NCBI RefSeq assembly: GCF_001194135.2
Contig: NC_068997.1
Location: forward strand, 14,042,547-14,106,546
DNA: 64,000 nt
DNA from: Octopus bimaculoides
Lineage: Eukaryota
Direction: 5' to 3'
The notes beneath the pieces are model-generated. The model was not told the DNA's origin, made no database searches, and saw only the letters and a list, made by a program, of their open reading frames with translations. The stretch's first letter is position 1, and every line of letters begins with the position of its first letter. Below are positions 41,006 to 54,483 of the stretch, in pieces. The position numbers and the translations under genes are program-made.

Positions 41006-41050
41006 CAATACAGCTATATTTTTACATGTGTGTGTGTATGATGTATGTAC

Positions 41051-41087
<37 letters not shown>

Positions 41088-42209
41088 CCTGTCTGTCTGT
41101 CTATCTATCTATCTATCAGCCTGTCTATCTATTTATCTATCTGTCTGTGTATGTATGTATGTATTTATCTACCTGTCTGTCTCTCTACCTATGTGTGTGT
41201 GTATATACATATATATATTTAAACATAGCTGTATACATTTATATGGTAATATATATATATTTATTTTATACATATATGCAGACACATGCACTCATAATGC
41301 ACTGATATATAGAGTGAACCAACACATGCAATCTTCCAGTCCACACCCTTCGCCCCACCTCATCCATGCTCCCAACATACCTCAATGAATTTATCCTGGA
41401 GTTAAAGCTAAATAGTATGGAAATAATTTGATCATTTCTCCCTCCACTCTTATGTTATCAACCATTTCCTTCCACCTAACCAAACTTCACTGATAAAATG
41501 TAAGAATGGATTGAGTACTCTAGAAAATTACTTAGTTTGGAAACTGCATCGGTAAAAAAAAAAAAACAGAAACATGAAAAATCAACAAAAAAAAAATCAG
41601 ATGAAAGAATATGAAATTAAAAATATAAATAAAACAAACAAATCATAAAAATCACGTAAATGCCCACCCCCCACCCCACCAAAAAAAAAAAGTAAATGAT
41701 AGGAAAGAAAAAGAAATAGTAAAGAATATAAAATTTATGAAATTGATGAAAAATTTGCTGCGAAACCATTTTTGTCCAGTTAGTTCAGCATCAATCTTTC
41801 ACTACAATGAAAGGTGTTGTTTCATTCCTTGTGATNNNNNNNNNNNNNNNNNNNNNNNNNNNNNNNNNNNNNNNNNNNNNNNNNNNNNNNNNNNNNNNNN
41901 NNNNNNNNNNNNNNNNNNNNNNNNNNNNNNNNNNNNNNNNNNNNNNNNNNNNNNNNNNNNNNNNNNNNNNNNNNNNNNNNNNNNNNNNNNNNNNNNNNNN
42001 NNNNNNNNNNNNNNNNNNNNNNNNNNNNNNNNNNNNNNNNNNNNNNNNNNNNNNNNNNNNNNNNNNNNNNNNNNNNNNNNNNNNNNNNNNNNNNNNNNNN
42101 NNNNNNNNNNNNNNNNNNNNNNNNNNNNNNNNNNNNNNNNNNNNNNNNNNNNNNNNNNNNNNNNNNNNNNNNNNNNNNNNNNNNNNNNNNNNNNNNNNNN
42201 NNNNNNNNN

Positions 42210-42240
<31 letters not shown>

Positions 42241-42263
42241 TAAATATATAAATGCGTGTGTAA

Positions 42264-42294
<31 letters not shown>

Positions 42295-43324
42295 CGTACA
42301 CACATATATGTATATATATGTATATATATGTACATATATATGCATATACATACACACATATATGTGTATATATGTACATATATATGCATATACATACACA
42401 CATATATGTGTACATATATATGCATCTATATATATTTATGTACACACATACCACCAGTCTCGTTGATTTTGTTAGTTTTTAATGTAATTTATTCTACTTT
42501 AGCTTTTGGTTTACTCTGAGAAGGTTTTTTTTTTTCCTCATTCTTTTAATGCAGGGCTAAATGATAAATATAAAAGATGATTATATATGAATGTATACAT
42601 ATTTATTTGTGTGTATATAAAATGTAGTAAATGTGCAGGCAACATGAGAAAATATACTATGAGGAAAAAGTGAGAGAAAGAGATGGTAGTAGGGGTCGAT
42701 AAAGAAAATTAAAACCAGCTCCAAATAAAGAAATGTATGACCAACTTAGGAAATATGTTGATGTGAATGTTTTGTTATTTTTTGAAAGACTATTTCTTCA
42801 GCACTAAACACACCACTTCTAATATAACACATTGCTATTAAGCACATAAATGTAGACATATATTTACAACGGTATACAAATAGATACTTTGAATATACAA
42901 ATGTTACACTTAACAATCACCGGCACATATACAAATACACGCATAACATCATACACAAATCTAAGCATATACATATGCAAATACTTCTAACATAGAGACA
43001 TTATACTTAGCATCATTCCACACTCATTTATGCCCAATAGAGGCAGAAATACACTCACATGCACGCATATACAAATATAAACATACACAGAAGAGAAAAA
43101 CTGCAATACATGCATTCGTGTGTATATTCATATGTATATATACATATATAAATTACAAATTTTGAAAAAAATGTATTGATTTTAGTTTATCCATTTCAAA
43201 ACACTCAACTTTTCCCATTGCTAACCAAAGAAAAAAAGGATAATTATGTGTGTGTGTGTGTATTATATTATATATGTATGCATGTATATGTATTATGCAC
43301 TTTTGTGCATAGATCTGTTTTGCA

Positions 43325-43371
<47 letters not shown>

Positions 43372-43809
43372 GTACGTACAGACACAGACACACCTACATG
43401 TATGTGTATGTGTATATAATCAATATATTTATTATGTTTAGGTCACTTAGTACAACAGCATATATCTCAAAGTGCAGAGTATCTTTTACATATTGTTTCA
43501 AATTTGCAAATAACCTACAAGATTACACGAAAAAATGGTTTGATATCATTTTTGTTTTGTTTCTACCACTGTTTTGCTATCAATATTGATGGAGTATAAT
43601 ATAGTGAATAAAAATGTTTAATTCTTTTTATTTGTTTCTCTCTATTTTTTTTTGAGCAGTATTTATTTATTTTTCTATATATTTATTTCAGATTTTCTGG
43701 ATGGCTGAAACAGGTGTCTGACTATAACAGAAGGGGGCATAGGAGGAGGTGATCTGATATCAAATGAAAGGTTAGAGTGTGACACAAGTACCCTCCTCAA
43801 ATACTCCTG

Positions 43810-44145
43810 CCCCTTTCATAATTCCTTGTCTTGTGAGTTACTTGGCGACCGTGCCGGCGCTGGTGCCTAGTAAAAAGCATCCAGTCCACACTGTAGAGTG
43901 GTTGGTATTTGGAAGAGCACCTAGCTGTAAAAAATCATGCTGAAACTAATCTCGCCTGTGCTAGTGCCACGTAAGAAGCACTGAGTTATCTCTGCTGAAT
44001 GGTTGGCATTAGGAAGGGCATCCAGCCATAAAACACCTGCCAAAACAGATACAGTAGTCCAGGGTAGTTTTGTTCTAGGTTGGCTCCTGTCAACTGTCCT
44101 ACCCATGCATGTATAGAAGATGGACATCAAACAATGATGATGATT
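43810..44145 (+). mobile_element. Family C element with a duplicated Nin/Deu-like box
   Basis: Two copies of gtgcc..aagca..tggttgg..ggaag..ca..cagc, followed by an (ATG)n tail. Confidence 0.8.
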
Positions 44146-44654
44146 TTCTGGATGAATGGATGGTTTCTCTAATGCTAATACGTAAATTTTGAAGACGTAT
44201 AACAATTGGCAGGGCTTGTTTAAGACCCACAGAGGCCCCAAGCACTTAAGAGATTTAAGTAACTCTATAGATATGTAATTCAAAATATAAACAATAATAA
44301 ACCATAAAAAATTTCTAATGAAAGTAACAGTAAGATGAAGAATAATGTTTAGTTTTGTACACTTCCACTTCATTTCTATTTGAAAAGCTTTCCCTGACTT
44401 TTTTAATTGCAAAGTCTTTGGTCAGATTCTTACTATGATACCATGGACACTTCGAAATTATATTTCCAATCATATAAACCATTTTGAATATTATTTTAGC
44501 AAGTCTAACCCTTTAGCATTTAATCTGACAAAATCCATCCAAAATATTCTGCTTATTTTATGTTCAAACCAGCCAGATCAGATCTCTCACAACTACCCAA
44601 CAATGTCAATCTAGGAGCACTGGGCCTCATGGAGGAAAAGTGGCTGAGCTCCTT

Positions 44655-44745
44655 TTCAGTGTTGGGCCTTATGGAGGCAACGATCAAGACTTCTGGCATT
44701 ATGTCATGCTTGAGAAGAAAACCCATCAAGCTGAGCAAGTGGGGC
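44655..44745 (+). mobile_element. Small decayed RTE ORF-end fragment
   Basis: gttgggccttatggaggcaa..gacttctggcattatg..gcttgagaagaaaac aligns with the reverse complement of 38730-38810. Confidence 0.6.
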
Positions 44746-45284
44746 TGCAAGACAGATAAAGTGGGTAACATGAAGGAGAAAATTTTATATATATATATAT
44801 ATATATATATGCGAGTAAAAATAAATACAAAAAAAGGGTGTTTTTTTGTATGATTGTGTATAGAGGAATATATTATTTTGTTTAAAAGAGTTCCAACACT
44901 GTTTTTTATGTTTTATTTATATTCCTACAAAACCAATGTGGGATATAGAATATGGAATATACAATATATAATATAATATACAATATATAATATAAAATAA
45001 AAATGGATGGTACTATGAAATAAAGTATTGAATGTCTTATTGAATATATGGAATATGTCTTATTGAATAGATGAAATATTGAGTGTTCAATATAAAGGAT
45101 TAAATATATAAATATATATATTTCAAAGAGAGTTAGAGGTTTTAAATCCAACCAACTAAGAGATAATACCTATCCAATATACTGCTGGTAGAATACCCAA
45201 TTTATTAATGCACAAGTGTTGGTTATTGTGTGGCAATTACACTACTGAGCGTAATAAATGGGCGAGAGTAAAAAGTGGTTTTAC

Positions 45285-45314
<30 letters not shown>

Positions 45315-45315
<1 letters not shown>

Positions 45316-46066
45316 AGTCAGTAAATAGTGGGGTTGTGTTAACCGCACGTGGAGAAATAATAGGAAAATGAAGAATAAGGCAGAATGCTAAATTGTAAGC
45401 ATATTTTAATAAAGATTTCTAACCGGCTTTCATTGCGTAGCAAATTTTCAAGAAGGTGAGTGAAAATGTCTTTTACAAAGAAGTACAGAATGAAGAAAAT
45501 AATATATAAAAAAATATATATATAAAAAAATAATTATACCAATACATTATATTGTCTTTGAGCTTTTGAAGTTCAATGGTAGTTCATGTATATAATGGTT
45601 GGAAAAATAAGGATGCATGAGAATTGAGACTTGTGTTAGATTTAAAAGAAGAGAAAAGTGGCTAAAAGTTTGTGTTAAGCAGGAAGTGTGGTGTCAAAAC
45701 AGAAAGTGTGTGTAAGGGGAGACAAATCATTTAGTTGGAGTTATGAAGATTTGTCTCCCCTTACATATACTTCCTGTTTTGACACCACACTTCCTGCTTA
45801 ACACAAACGTTTAACCCTTATTTTAAACCTAACACAACTCTCAATTTCATGCATCCTTATTTTTCCAACCATTATATACATGGACTACCATGTATATATA
45901 TTATATACATGGACTACCATGTATATATATTATTTTTTTTATATATTATTTTCTTCATTTTGTACTTCTTTGTAAAAAATATTTTCACTCTCCTTCTTGG
46001 AAAGCCGGTTAGAAATCTTTATTAAAATATGCTTCCAATTTAGCATTCTGCCTTATTCTTCATTTT

Positions 46067-46070
<4 letters not shown>
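45315..46070. mobile_element. Penelope-like 3' terminal fragment in a long inverted (foldback) arrangement, embedded in (TA)n
   Basis: Arms 45361-45728 and 45748-46070 are reverse complements around a 19-nt spacer. The region is homologous to 53380-53813. Confidence 0.9.
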
Positions 46071-46118
<48 letters not shown>

Positions 46119-48589
46119 GTTTTTTTAAAGATTTTGTCTCCCAATTCTATTCGCAAGGCTTTGGTCAGCCAAGGCTAAAGAAGAAGAAATTTGCCCAGGT
46201 GCTATGCAGTAGGACTGAACCCAAGATAACATGGCTAGAAAGCAACCTCCTTAACCACGAAGCCACTCCTGTGCCTAAATACTTGAACATTCATCTCGAC
46301 CCCTTCCAGGAGCAACTAAGAATCCTAAGACTGGTAAAACTTGTTAATTTTAATTCCTGCAACTTTTGAGACTCTGATTTATCTTCTGAGAAAACACACA
46401 CACAGACACGCATGCACATACACACACACATTAGTATTCGTTCATTAATTCACTCATTGAACAGAGTCTTGACTCTTTATCCCTCCCCAACCAATCATAC
46501 ATGTCAATAACTGACCTAAATGACCCCTAAAAATCTCAGCTACTGGCTGTTTAGCTTTTCCATTGCCACTACTACTACTACAACCACATGCTTTTAGCCT
46601 GAAAGGTGTGAGGAGAAGTGTGGGGAGATAATGTCTTAGTTTATTTCTTTTCAATATCATCTACTTCATTTAGATTTTCATTTGGCATCCTTCTTTCTTT
46701 AGTTCTTTCCTCTCACTTCTTCCAACCCTGTCTTTCATTCTTTTATTGAAGCGCTAGCCCAAGGCATGGATAGAGAAAAAAAAAAAAGAAAATTACCATT
46801 TTCATGTAAGTTGTTACTTTCCAAAATAAGAGCTTCTGATTAGGGTTATACAATTTCTAAACTTTTATGCTACCTCCATCTGTATGAATTTTCTTTTTTT
46901 TTACCCACCATCCATCCATCCAGCCATCCCTCCTGCTATCCACCCCATCTCTATCTGTAACACCAACCAACCAACCAACCAGCTAACCAACAACTTCCCA
47001 ATTCTCAAACCAACCAATCAACTCAATCAACTCATCCAAACAATCTCTACATCTAACCTTACATCTATTCCATCCATTAGATTTGTCTATCCAGTTAAGA
47101 CTTATTCTATGGTAACATCAAATCTTCTTTTCCAAGATGTCCAAGGGGTCAATTTCTTTGCATTACAATTACACAGATGCTGTTGGCTATGAAACACAAC
47201 AGCAGAGTGCAGTACAATGCAGTGAAATACAATACTGTACAACAGAGTACGGTGCAGTGCTGCACAATCTAAAACATATCGACACATACATTCTAATTGA
47301 CAATGAGGAAACTGCAACATAGTTGATTTATCTGCTAGAAATAGCAGCTAAATCTCCATCAAATTATAGCCTCCTGTCTTTAAATAAAGGATGCATAACA
47401 TAAGGTAGAACAAGTACTCTTAGAAAAGATAGATGTCTGTAGCTTTTAATTGTAGGCTTACTGACAGGGAATTAAACAGTAATTGCAAATTGCACACATA
47501 TACACACATATTTACACATATTTACACACACACACACACACAATCTGTTGCCTGTTAACTATGAAGCGACTGCTATATTTTTCCAACGTTTTCACAAACT
47601 ATTTACCATGATTAAATTAAACATCATTTGAAAGTTTTCTATTGTTTCCTTTTCATGGAAAGATTTTACTGTTTTTGTTGTTATTTATTTTTCTTTTTCT
47701 GCTTTTTTCTTTCTCTGCTTTTTTTCTTTTTTTCCTTTTGATAAGTAATACAAAAACAACCCAAATCTCACCTTCTGACGTGCACGTTTCCCCATCTTGT
47801 GTTTATTTTTTCTATAACTTTGATGAATGTTTAAAAAAGCTTTGAGCAATGCAGGTGAAGAATTAATCAAAACATGTAGAGTTATGTCAATGAATAAAAC
47901 AAAGATAATGCTATATATTATTGCAAAGTTATTATCAATCTGAATATGCTTGATGCATGGTCGAACTAGGGAACAAGCTACTCACAGCATTTTATCAGAG
48001 AATATATCTCGCTCATTGACAAATGGTGTATATACACCTAGATCAGCTTTGCAGCACCACCTACTTAAACTCATTGTCCAGTGACTGGAAAAGCATACAA
48101 GAGTCAATCTCTTAATTCAGTTCATGCCTAGTGTCTGTGACAGATGAGGAGATAACTATGCTGAAATGTTAGCATCTCACAGTCTTGCTATGTGATGCTG
48201 CAAGATGATCTAGGTATATACACACAATTTATCAACAAGTGCGGTACATTCTCGATGACAAAATTCGGTGAACAGCCTGGTCCCCAGTTCAAACTTGTAT
48301 CAAGCATAATAGGATGGATGATAACACTGCAACTTTATTTATCACTGCTTAGCGTTCCCCTCCGTGATATTATATTATATGTTGTTTCATATTCTTGTAA
48401 TATTTTAAGAAAGCCCACTTTTCAAATTCAAGAAAAAATATAAGCAAAATGTCTGGAAATACATGTCTGGAAATCAACAACCAAATTACTATACTCTTCA
48501 ATTTATATTTTAATACTTTCAGCTTTCAATGAATTTTTTACATACCAGAGAAATTAAACCTGCTATGGTCATTTAAAACTAAATAAGTT

Positions 48590-48966
48590 CTTTCAGTACC
48601 AACCTGGCTGAAACGAGCTCTGGCTCTGTAGTACAAATGTCTTGCTTTCATAAGTTTCCATAAAGCCTTAGTCACAATTTATGTTCCTAACATTAGCTTA
48701 ATGGTAACTAAGTTATTTTACTAAATTCTTTGTTATATTTAACCCTTTCGATACCAACCCGGCTGATATTACCTCTAGCTGTGTAGTACAAATGTCTTAT
48801 TTTCATGAGTTTCGAATTAAAATCTCCCACCAAACCTTAATCACAATTTATGTTCCTAACACCAGCTTAATGATAACTAGGTTATTTTACTAAATTCTTT
48901 GTTACATTTAAAATTAATTGAAAGAAACAGAGCATTTCAACAGAAATATGGTAACAAATGCGTGAA
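48590..48966. mobile_element. Two head-to-tail copies of a second piggyBac-like MITE
   Basis: Copy 2 starts TTAACCCTTTCGATACC at 48739, and its right end (ggtaacaaatgcgtgaa) is decayed. Copy 1 (about 48590-48738) is truncated at an internal TTAA. Confidence 0.75.
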
Positions 48967-49447
48967 ATGTATTTTAACCATAACTATTCTAACATTTCTT
49001 CAACAGTAAGTAACCAATAGGTACCATTTATGTTAACACAAACTAGATGTCATCCAGTTTTCTGCAAAGTTAATTGTGATGATAATAATTTATAAGACTT
49101 GGAGTTTTGTTGCCAGGAGTGGCTTAAACAAAGACTTCGTTTTCTCCTAGTCAATGACTTCGATGCCATATAAATTGTTACTGACCAGTCTTGATTTATA
49201 ACTTTAGTGCAAACACAGTCAAATCAAAATCTGGAGCCTTTTCTATGTCAAACAAACAAGGGGGAAAATATTTCTTATTACCAGAAGACACATCATTGTC
49301 AAACTGAATCTATATCATGTGTTTTTCTTTTATCTTATACACACACACACATTCACACACACAAATGCACAGTCTAATGATAACGAAAACATTTTCACAT
49401 TGATTTTGACATGATATTTTAACAACAACCTTTTGAACTCTTTCTAC

Positions 49448-49507
<60 letters not shown>

Positions 49508-49609
49508 ATGTATGTATCATGGTGTACACACACATACATACGTGTATATATATGTATATGTCTGTGTGTGTGTGTGTGTGGTGTGTGTGTGTATATATAC
49601 ATGTGTGTG

Positions 49610-49647
<38 letters not shown>

Positions 49648-50394
49648 TATGTATTTGTCAAACAGATTTTTAACAGGTCATTTCCAATACACTTCTTTGA
49701 ATGAACAACTTTTATCTGTCACAACATTTCTTATTTGTCACTTTGAATTTTATCTGCTTCAACATTTTACTTGTCACCTTCACTTTCCATTTTAATTTTT
49801 TACGTCCTACATTTAACCGTTTCCTGCATTACATTATTTTACAAATTTGTTCCTGCTTTCGGTGGTCTTCCTCAAAGTTTAGTAAAAAATTTTAACTTGA
49901 GCTGTGTTTTCCAGTGTACCCTTCCTACTTTAAGATGATTGGGTGTGAAAGGGGGGGGGGAGAACATGCAATCACACACACACACCTATAAAAATATACA
50001 TGCACACATACCTCTCACTCTACCATTGGACCCTCATGCGTTTACCTGCATCCAATGTGTCGCTGTCAAATCTCATCCCCCACAAAATATCCTCCTAACA
50101 CCTCCTCCCACTACTTGCAACCATTCACTACAGAGTCTCCCCCCCCCACCATATCCCACTCATTTTTCAAAGTCTGGCAAACTTACCCACTCACTCACCC
50201 TTTCTAATCCTTGGTCCCGCTTCCCTTATATATACACCTCTGTACCTTGAGTATGAAGGTGTGTAGCTTAGTGGGTAAAGCATCATGTTCTTAATCATGA
50301 AGCAGTGAGTTTGATTCCTGGACCAGGTAAGATATTGTTGCCCCATGCCAGCCCTAACTGAGTAGACAATCATGCAATGCTGTCATTGAATTTG

Positions 50395-50590
50395 AATTCA
50401 ATTTTGATTTCACTTGCCTCAACATTTTTTCGCAAGCAGAGTTTAGTGTCCAATGAAGGAAAGGTACGCATAAGTGGGCTGGCTACACCACTGGCACAGG
50501 CCAGGTTATGTATGGTCTTACTTGGCCTGCCAGGTCTTCTCATGCACAGCATATTTCCAAAGTCTCGGTCACTAGTCATTGCCTTGGTGA
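50395..50590 (-). mobile_element. RTE LINE ORF end plus 3' UTR fragment
   Basis: Minus strand reads TKAMTSDRD..KYAVHEKTWQAK* (one frameshift) and matches 38730-38810. Confidence 0.8.
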
Positions 50591-50635
50591 TATATGTATA
50601 TATATTATATATATATACATTTATATATATATCTT

Positions 50636-50688
<53 letters not shown>

Positions 50689-51519
50689 ATTGACTTGAGA
50701 TAATGAGATGATAGCAAGTATCATACAAGTGATATCGCTCACTGAAAATCTTTGTGGAAAATGTCTAGCCGCGGGAAAATATTACTGCGTTTGGAAGTAG
50801 GTAAGAGTTGATTGCATCAAGTAGGAGAAAATCTGCCTGAATGAAACCTAACTGACCCATGTAAACATGGAAATTGTGGACATTAAAAAAGATCGATAAT
50901 GATGACAACGATGAAATAAGTACCAAGTTCCATACAAAAACAAACAAAAAAAAAAAGAAAGATAGGAGCAAAATAATGGAACCAAATTCAAGGGCAAGCA
51001 CTGCCAAAATTACTTATAAGAATTTCAGAATCATTGATAAAAATATTGATTTATGATTATATATTTTTCTTTTATTGACTTCTTTTGTAAATCTACCTTT
51101 ATTTCTGTAAATTCTTGAAATTTGTTTTGATGCTTTAAAATAGGATTTACATTTATGTTTTTGCCTTATTTTTAGAACTATATTATAAGTGACCTTAACT
51201 AAAAGAATACCACTGGGTAATTAAAGTGTTCCACTCTGCATAAATAGCAATTATAACAGACTTTCAATATTACCATTAAAAATAAACCAAAAAAACGAAA
51301 ACCCCCCAAAAAACGTACAGAAATAAAAACAAAAATCATGATTTTGTACGTCATTGGTTTTTGTTTTATATCATTATATTTATTTTGTTTCTTCTTATGT
51401 TTTTTTACTTTACTCAACCAGCTACAAACTCTACAAGTTGCAATAGATGTGTTTCAGGATATTAAAGTGCATGTATGTGTGTACATCAATTAATATATGT
51501 TTGTGTGCATGTGTGTGTA

Positions 51520-51557
<38 letters not shown>

Positions 51558-51565
51558 GTACATAT

Positions 51566-51652
<87 letters not shown>

Positions 51653-52421
51653 CACACACAAATACATATGTAAAATTACATGCATATATGTATATGTTTT
51701 TGTACATATATATATATATATACACATATAAACATGAACAGAGTGCCGCCCACATGGTAAAACAAGTTACAACATATGCATACCCCATTTTGTCTTTCAT
51801 AATAATTTTGCCTCCCCTGAAGAATTTTTGTTATTTATTCTTTCAATTATTGCCTCAAGTCACAATTGATTCTTTTATTTCCAATTTAAAGTCGACCATT
51901 TCAGGAATTGCTTTATAGAATTCTATAACAGTGCGAGTCTAAGCTAAGCTTATGGTGTGTGTGCGAAGGAATGTGTATGTGTGAGTGCATGTATGCATGT
52001 GTGTGTGTGTCCATGAATGTGTGTGTATACGTCCATGGCAGTGTGTGTTAAAAGTTTAATCAATTGTTTTGCCTATACTCTCTGATTTAAATAACCCAAA
52101 GGAGACCAACAGGTTAAAAGAAATGAGTGCCTTAAGAAAATATTGGTAAGAATATATAATGTATATACGTATGAGTGTATATGTATGTGTATGTGTGTGT
52201 GTGAGTGTGTATATATATCGTCCAACCCAGGCTAGCATAGGAAGATGATAATAATATATATATATATATANNNNNNNNNNNNNNNNNNNNNNNNNNNNNN
52301 NNNNNNNNNNNNNNNNNNNNNNNNNNNNNNNNNNNNNNNNNNNNNNNNNNNNNNNNNNNNNNNNNNNNNNNNNNNNNNNNNNATATATATAATAACATAT
52401 ATATATATATATATATATAAT

Positions 52422-52466
<45 letters not shown>

Positions 52467-52610
52467 TCCTTGTAGAATGCAATGCAAAGCTCGTCTTTTA
52501 CCTGAAGTTATAGGCTACCTGATGTCATCACACAGCGGAAATGCTCCTGCTACTGGATATTCAGCAGAAATTCCATAGTTTCCATAGAGTTTATAAAAAA
52601 AATTAGAATT

Positions 52611-52799
52611 GATAGAAAATAGAATTAACAATGTACTTTATTGAAAGTCACTACATTTGTTTCAAAACATTCTTCCACCCTTTAAAACATAGGTAAGAAA
52701 GTTGCACAACAGCTTACCTATGTATTAAAGAATGTAAGATTGGTTTGAAACAATTGTAGTAACTTTCAATAAAGTACATTGTTAATTCTATTTTCTGTC
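52611..52799. repeat. Long hairpin: about 87-bp arms, 15-nt loop
   Basis: 52614-52697 is the reverse complement of 52713-52796, with the outer ~35 bp nearly perfect. Confidence 0.9.
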
Positions 52800-52807
52800 T
52801 GTCTATT

Positions 52808-52859
<52 letters not shown>

Positions 52860-53039
52860 TTACGAAAGCCCTAGAATTTTGTACCTAAATACTTATATCA
52901 AATGATATTAAAAGTACCTTTACATGAAAACCTTGGAATTTGAGTAACTCATGATATTTGGGCAATAGAATATTACACATACATGTATACTTAACACATG
53001 CATATATATACATGTATATATACATAGATGGAAGAAGAT

Positions 53040-53219
53040 GCACGTAGCCAACTGTACAGAGTAGTTGGTGTTAGGAAGGGCATCCAGTCATAATAACCAT
53101 GTCAAAACAGACAACAAAAGCATGGTGAAGGCTCCTGTCTGGCCAGCTCCTGTCAAACCATCCAACCCATGCCAGCATGGAAGGTGGACGTTAAATGATG
53201 ATGATGATCATGACAATGA

Positions 53220-53225
<6 letters not shown>
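53040..53225 (+). mobile_element. Family C / RTE 3' tail
   Basis: ggtgttaggaagggcatccag..ccaacccatgccagcatggaaggtggacgttaaatgatg. Confidence 0.85.
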
Positions 53226-53294
<69 letters not shown>

Positions 53295-53296
<2 letters not shown>

Positions 53297-53813
53297 AACC
53301 CCTCGGTGACCATATTTCTCTAATAACAGACATAAACTTCCTGTTGACAAAGAGTCCAGAACTCCAACTAAAGAGTATAAAACCCACTGAATTGTCTTCC
53401 CTTACACACACTTCCTGTTTTGACACTACACTTCCTGCTTAACACATACACTTTCAGACCCTTTCTTTCTTTAAACAAAACACAACTCTCAACCTCATGC
53501 ATCCTAATGTTTCCAACTATTATCTACATGGATTACCATTGAACTTTAAAAACTCAAAGACAATATAATGTATTGGTATATTTATTTTTTTATATATTAT
53601 TTTTTACTTTTTNNNNNNNNNNTATTTTTTTATATATTATTTTTTACTTTTTTGTAAAAAACATTTTCATTCTCTCTCTTCTTGAAAATTTGCCATGCAA
53701 TGAAAGCCGGTTAGAAATCCCTTTTACACATCTGTATTAAAATATGCTTTCACTTTAGCATTCTGCCTTATTATTGTTTTTCATTTTCCTATTATTTCTC
53801 CATTTACTGACTT
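53295..53813 (+). mobile_element. 5'-truncated Penelope-like element 3' end with a variant HHR motif (53679-53716), flanked by (TA)n
   Basis: The 5' part reads ..ISLITDINFLLTKSPELQLK, weakly GIY-YIG C-terminus-like. It shares the same 3' terminus (atttactgactt) as the 45.3-kb copy. Confidence 0.75.
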
Positions 53814-54429
53814 ATATATATATACATATGACTGACAAGACAAATGTAAGAAGGCACTCAACATATTTATTGGGAGTTACATGTATAGATCAAAACCAAT
53901 TTGATTCAGACTCCTTGGTACTCTAATTTTCAAGTGTGTGGCTGGTCTTCAGCTATTGAGATCTGAATGACAGTTCAACTGAAGAGATTCAATGTTTATT
54001 ACCGGACGTTAGCCTGTGACTGGTTGAGAAAGGTCACACGGATTAGCGATTTGATATCAGTATTTCAGCGACAACAATTAGTTGTAAAATACTGCATGGT
54101 GAACAAGAAATTGACCGTGTGGTGGACAAGAAATCGGTCGTGCGGTTGGGAAGAAGTACGAAGAGGTATTAGGTGTGGCGGTATGTATGTATATATGCAC
54201 ATGTATATGCCCATATATCTACATGTATGAATCTGTACTTATATGAATGTGTGTGTGTGTGTGTGCTTGGATGTACATTCACACATCTGCATGTGCACAC
54301 AGGCATGTATGTGTATCCATGTGTGTGTGTGTGTGTGCATACGTGCAGATGTGTGAATGTACGTCTAAGTACACACTCATGTAAGTAGTGATGCATGCAC
54401 GCAGATATATGGGCATATATATGTACATG

Positions 54430-54483
<54 letters not shown>

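Noticed and set aside
53580-53655. 30-bp direct repeat around a 10-N gap
   Set aside because: Typical overlapping contig ends, and absent from the homologous copy at 45.5 kb; treated as an assembly artefact.
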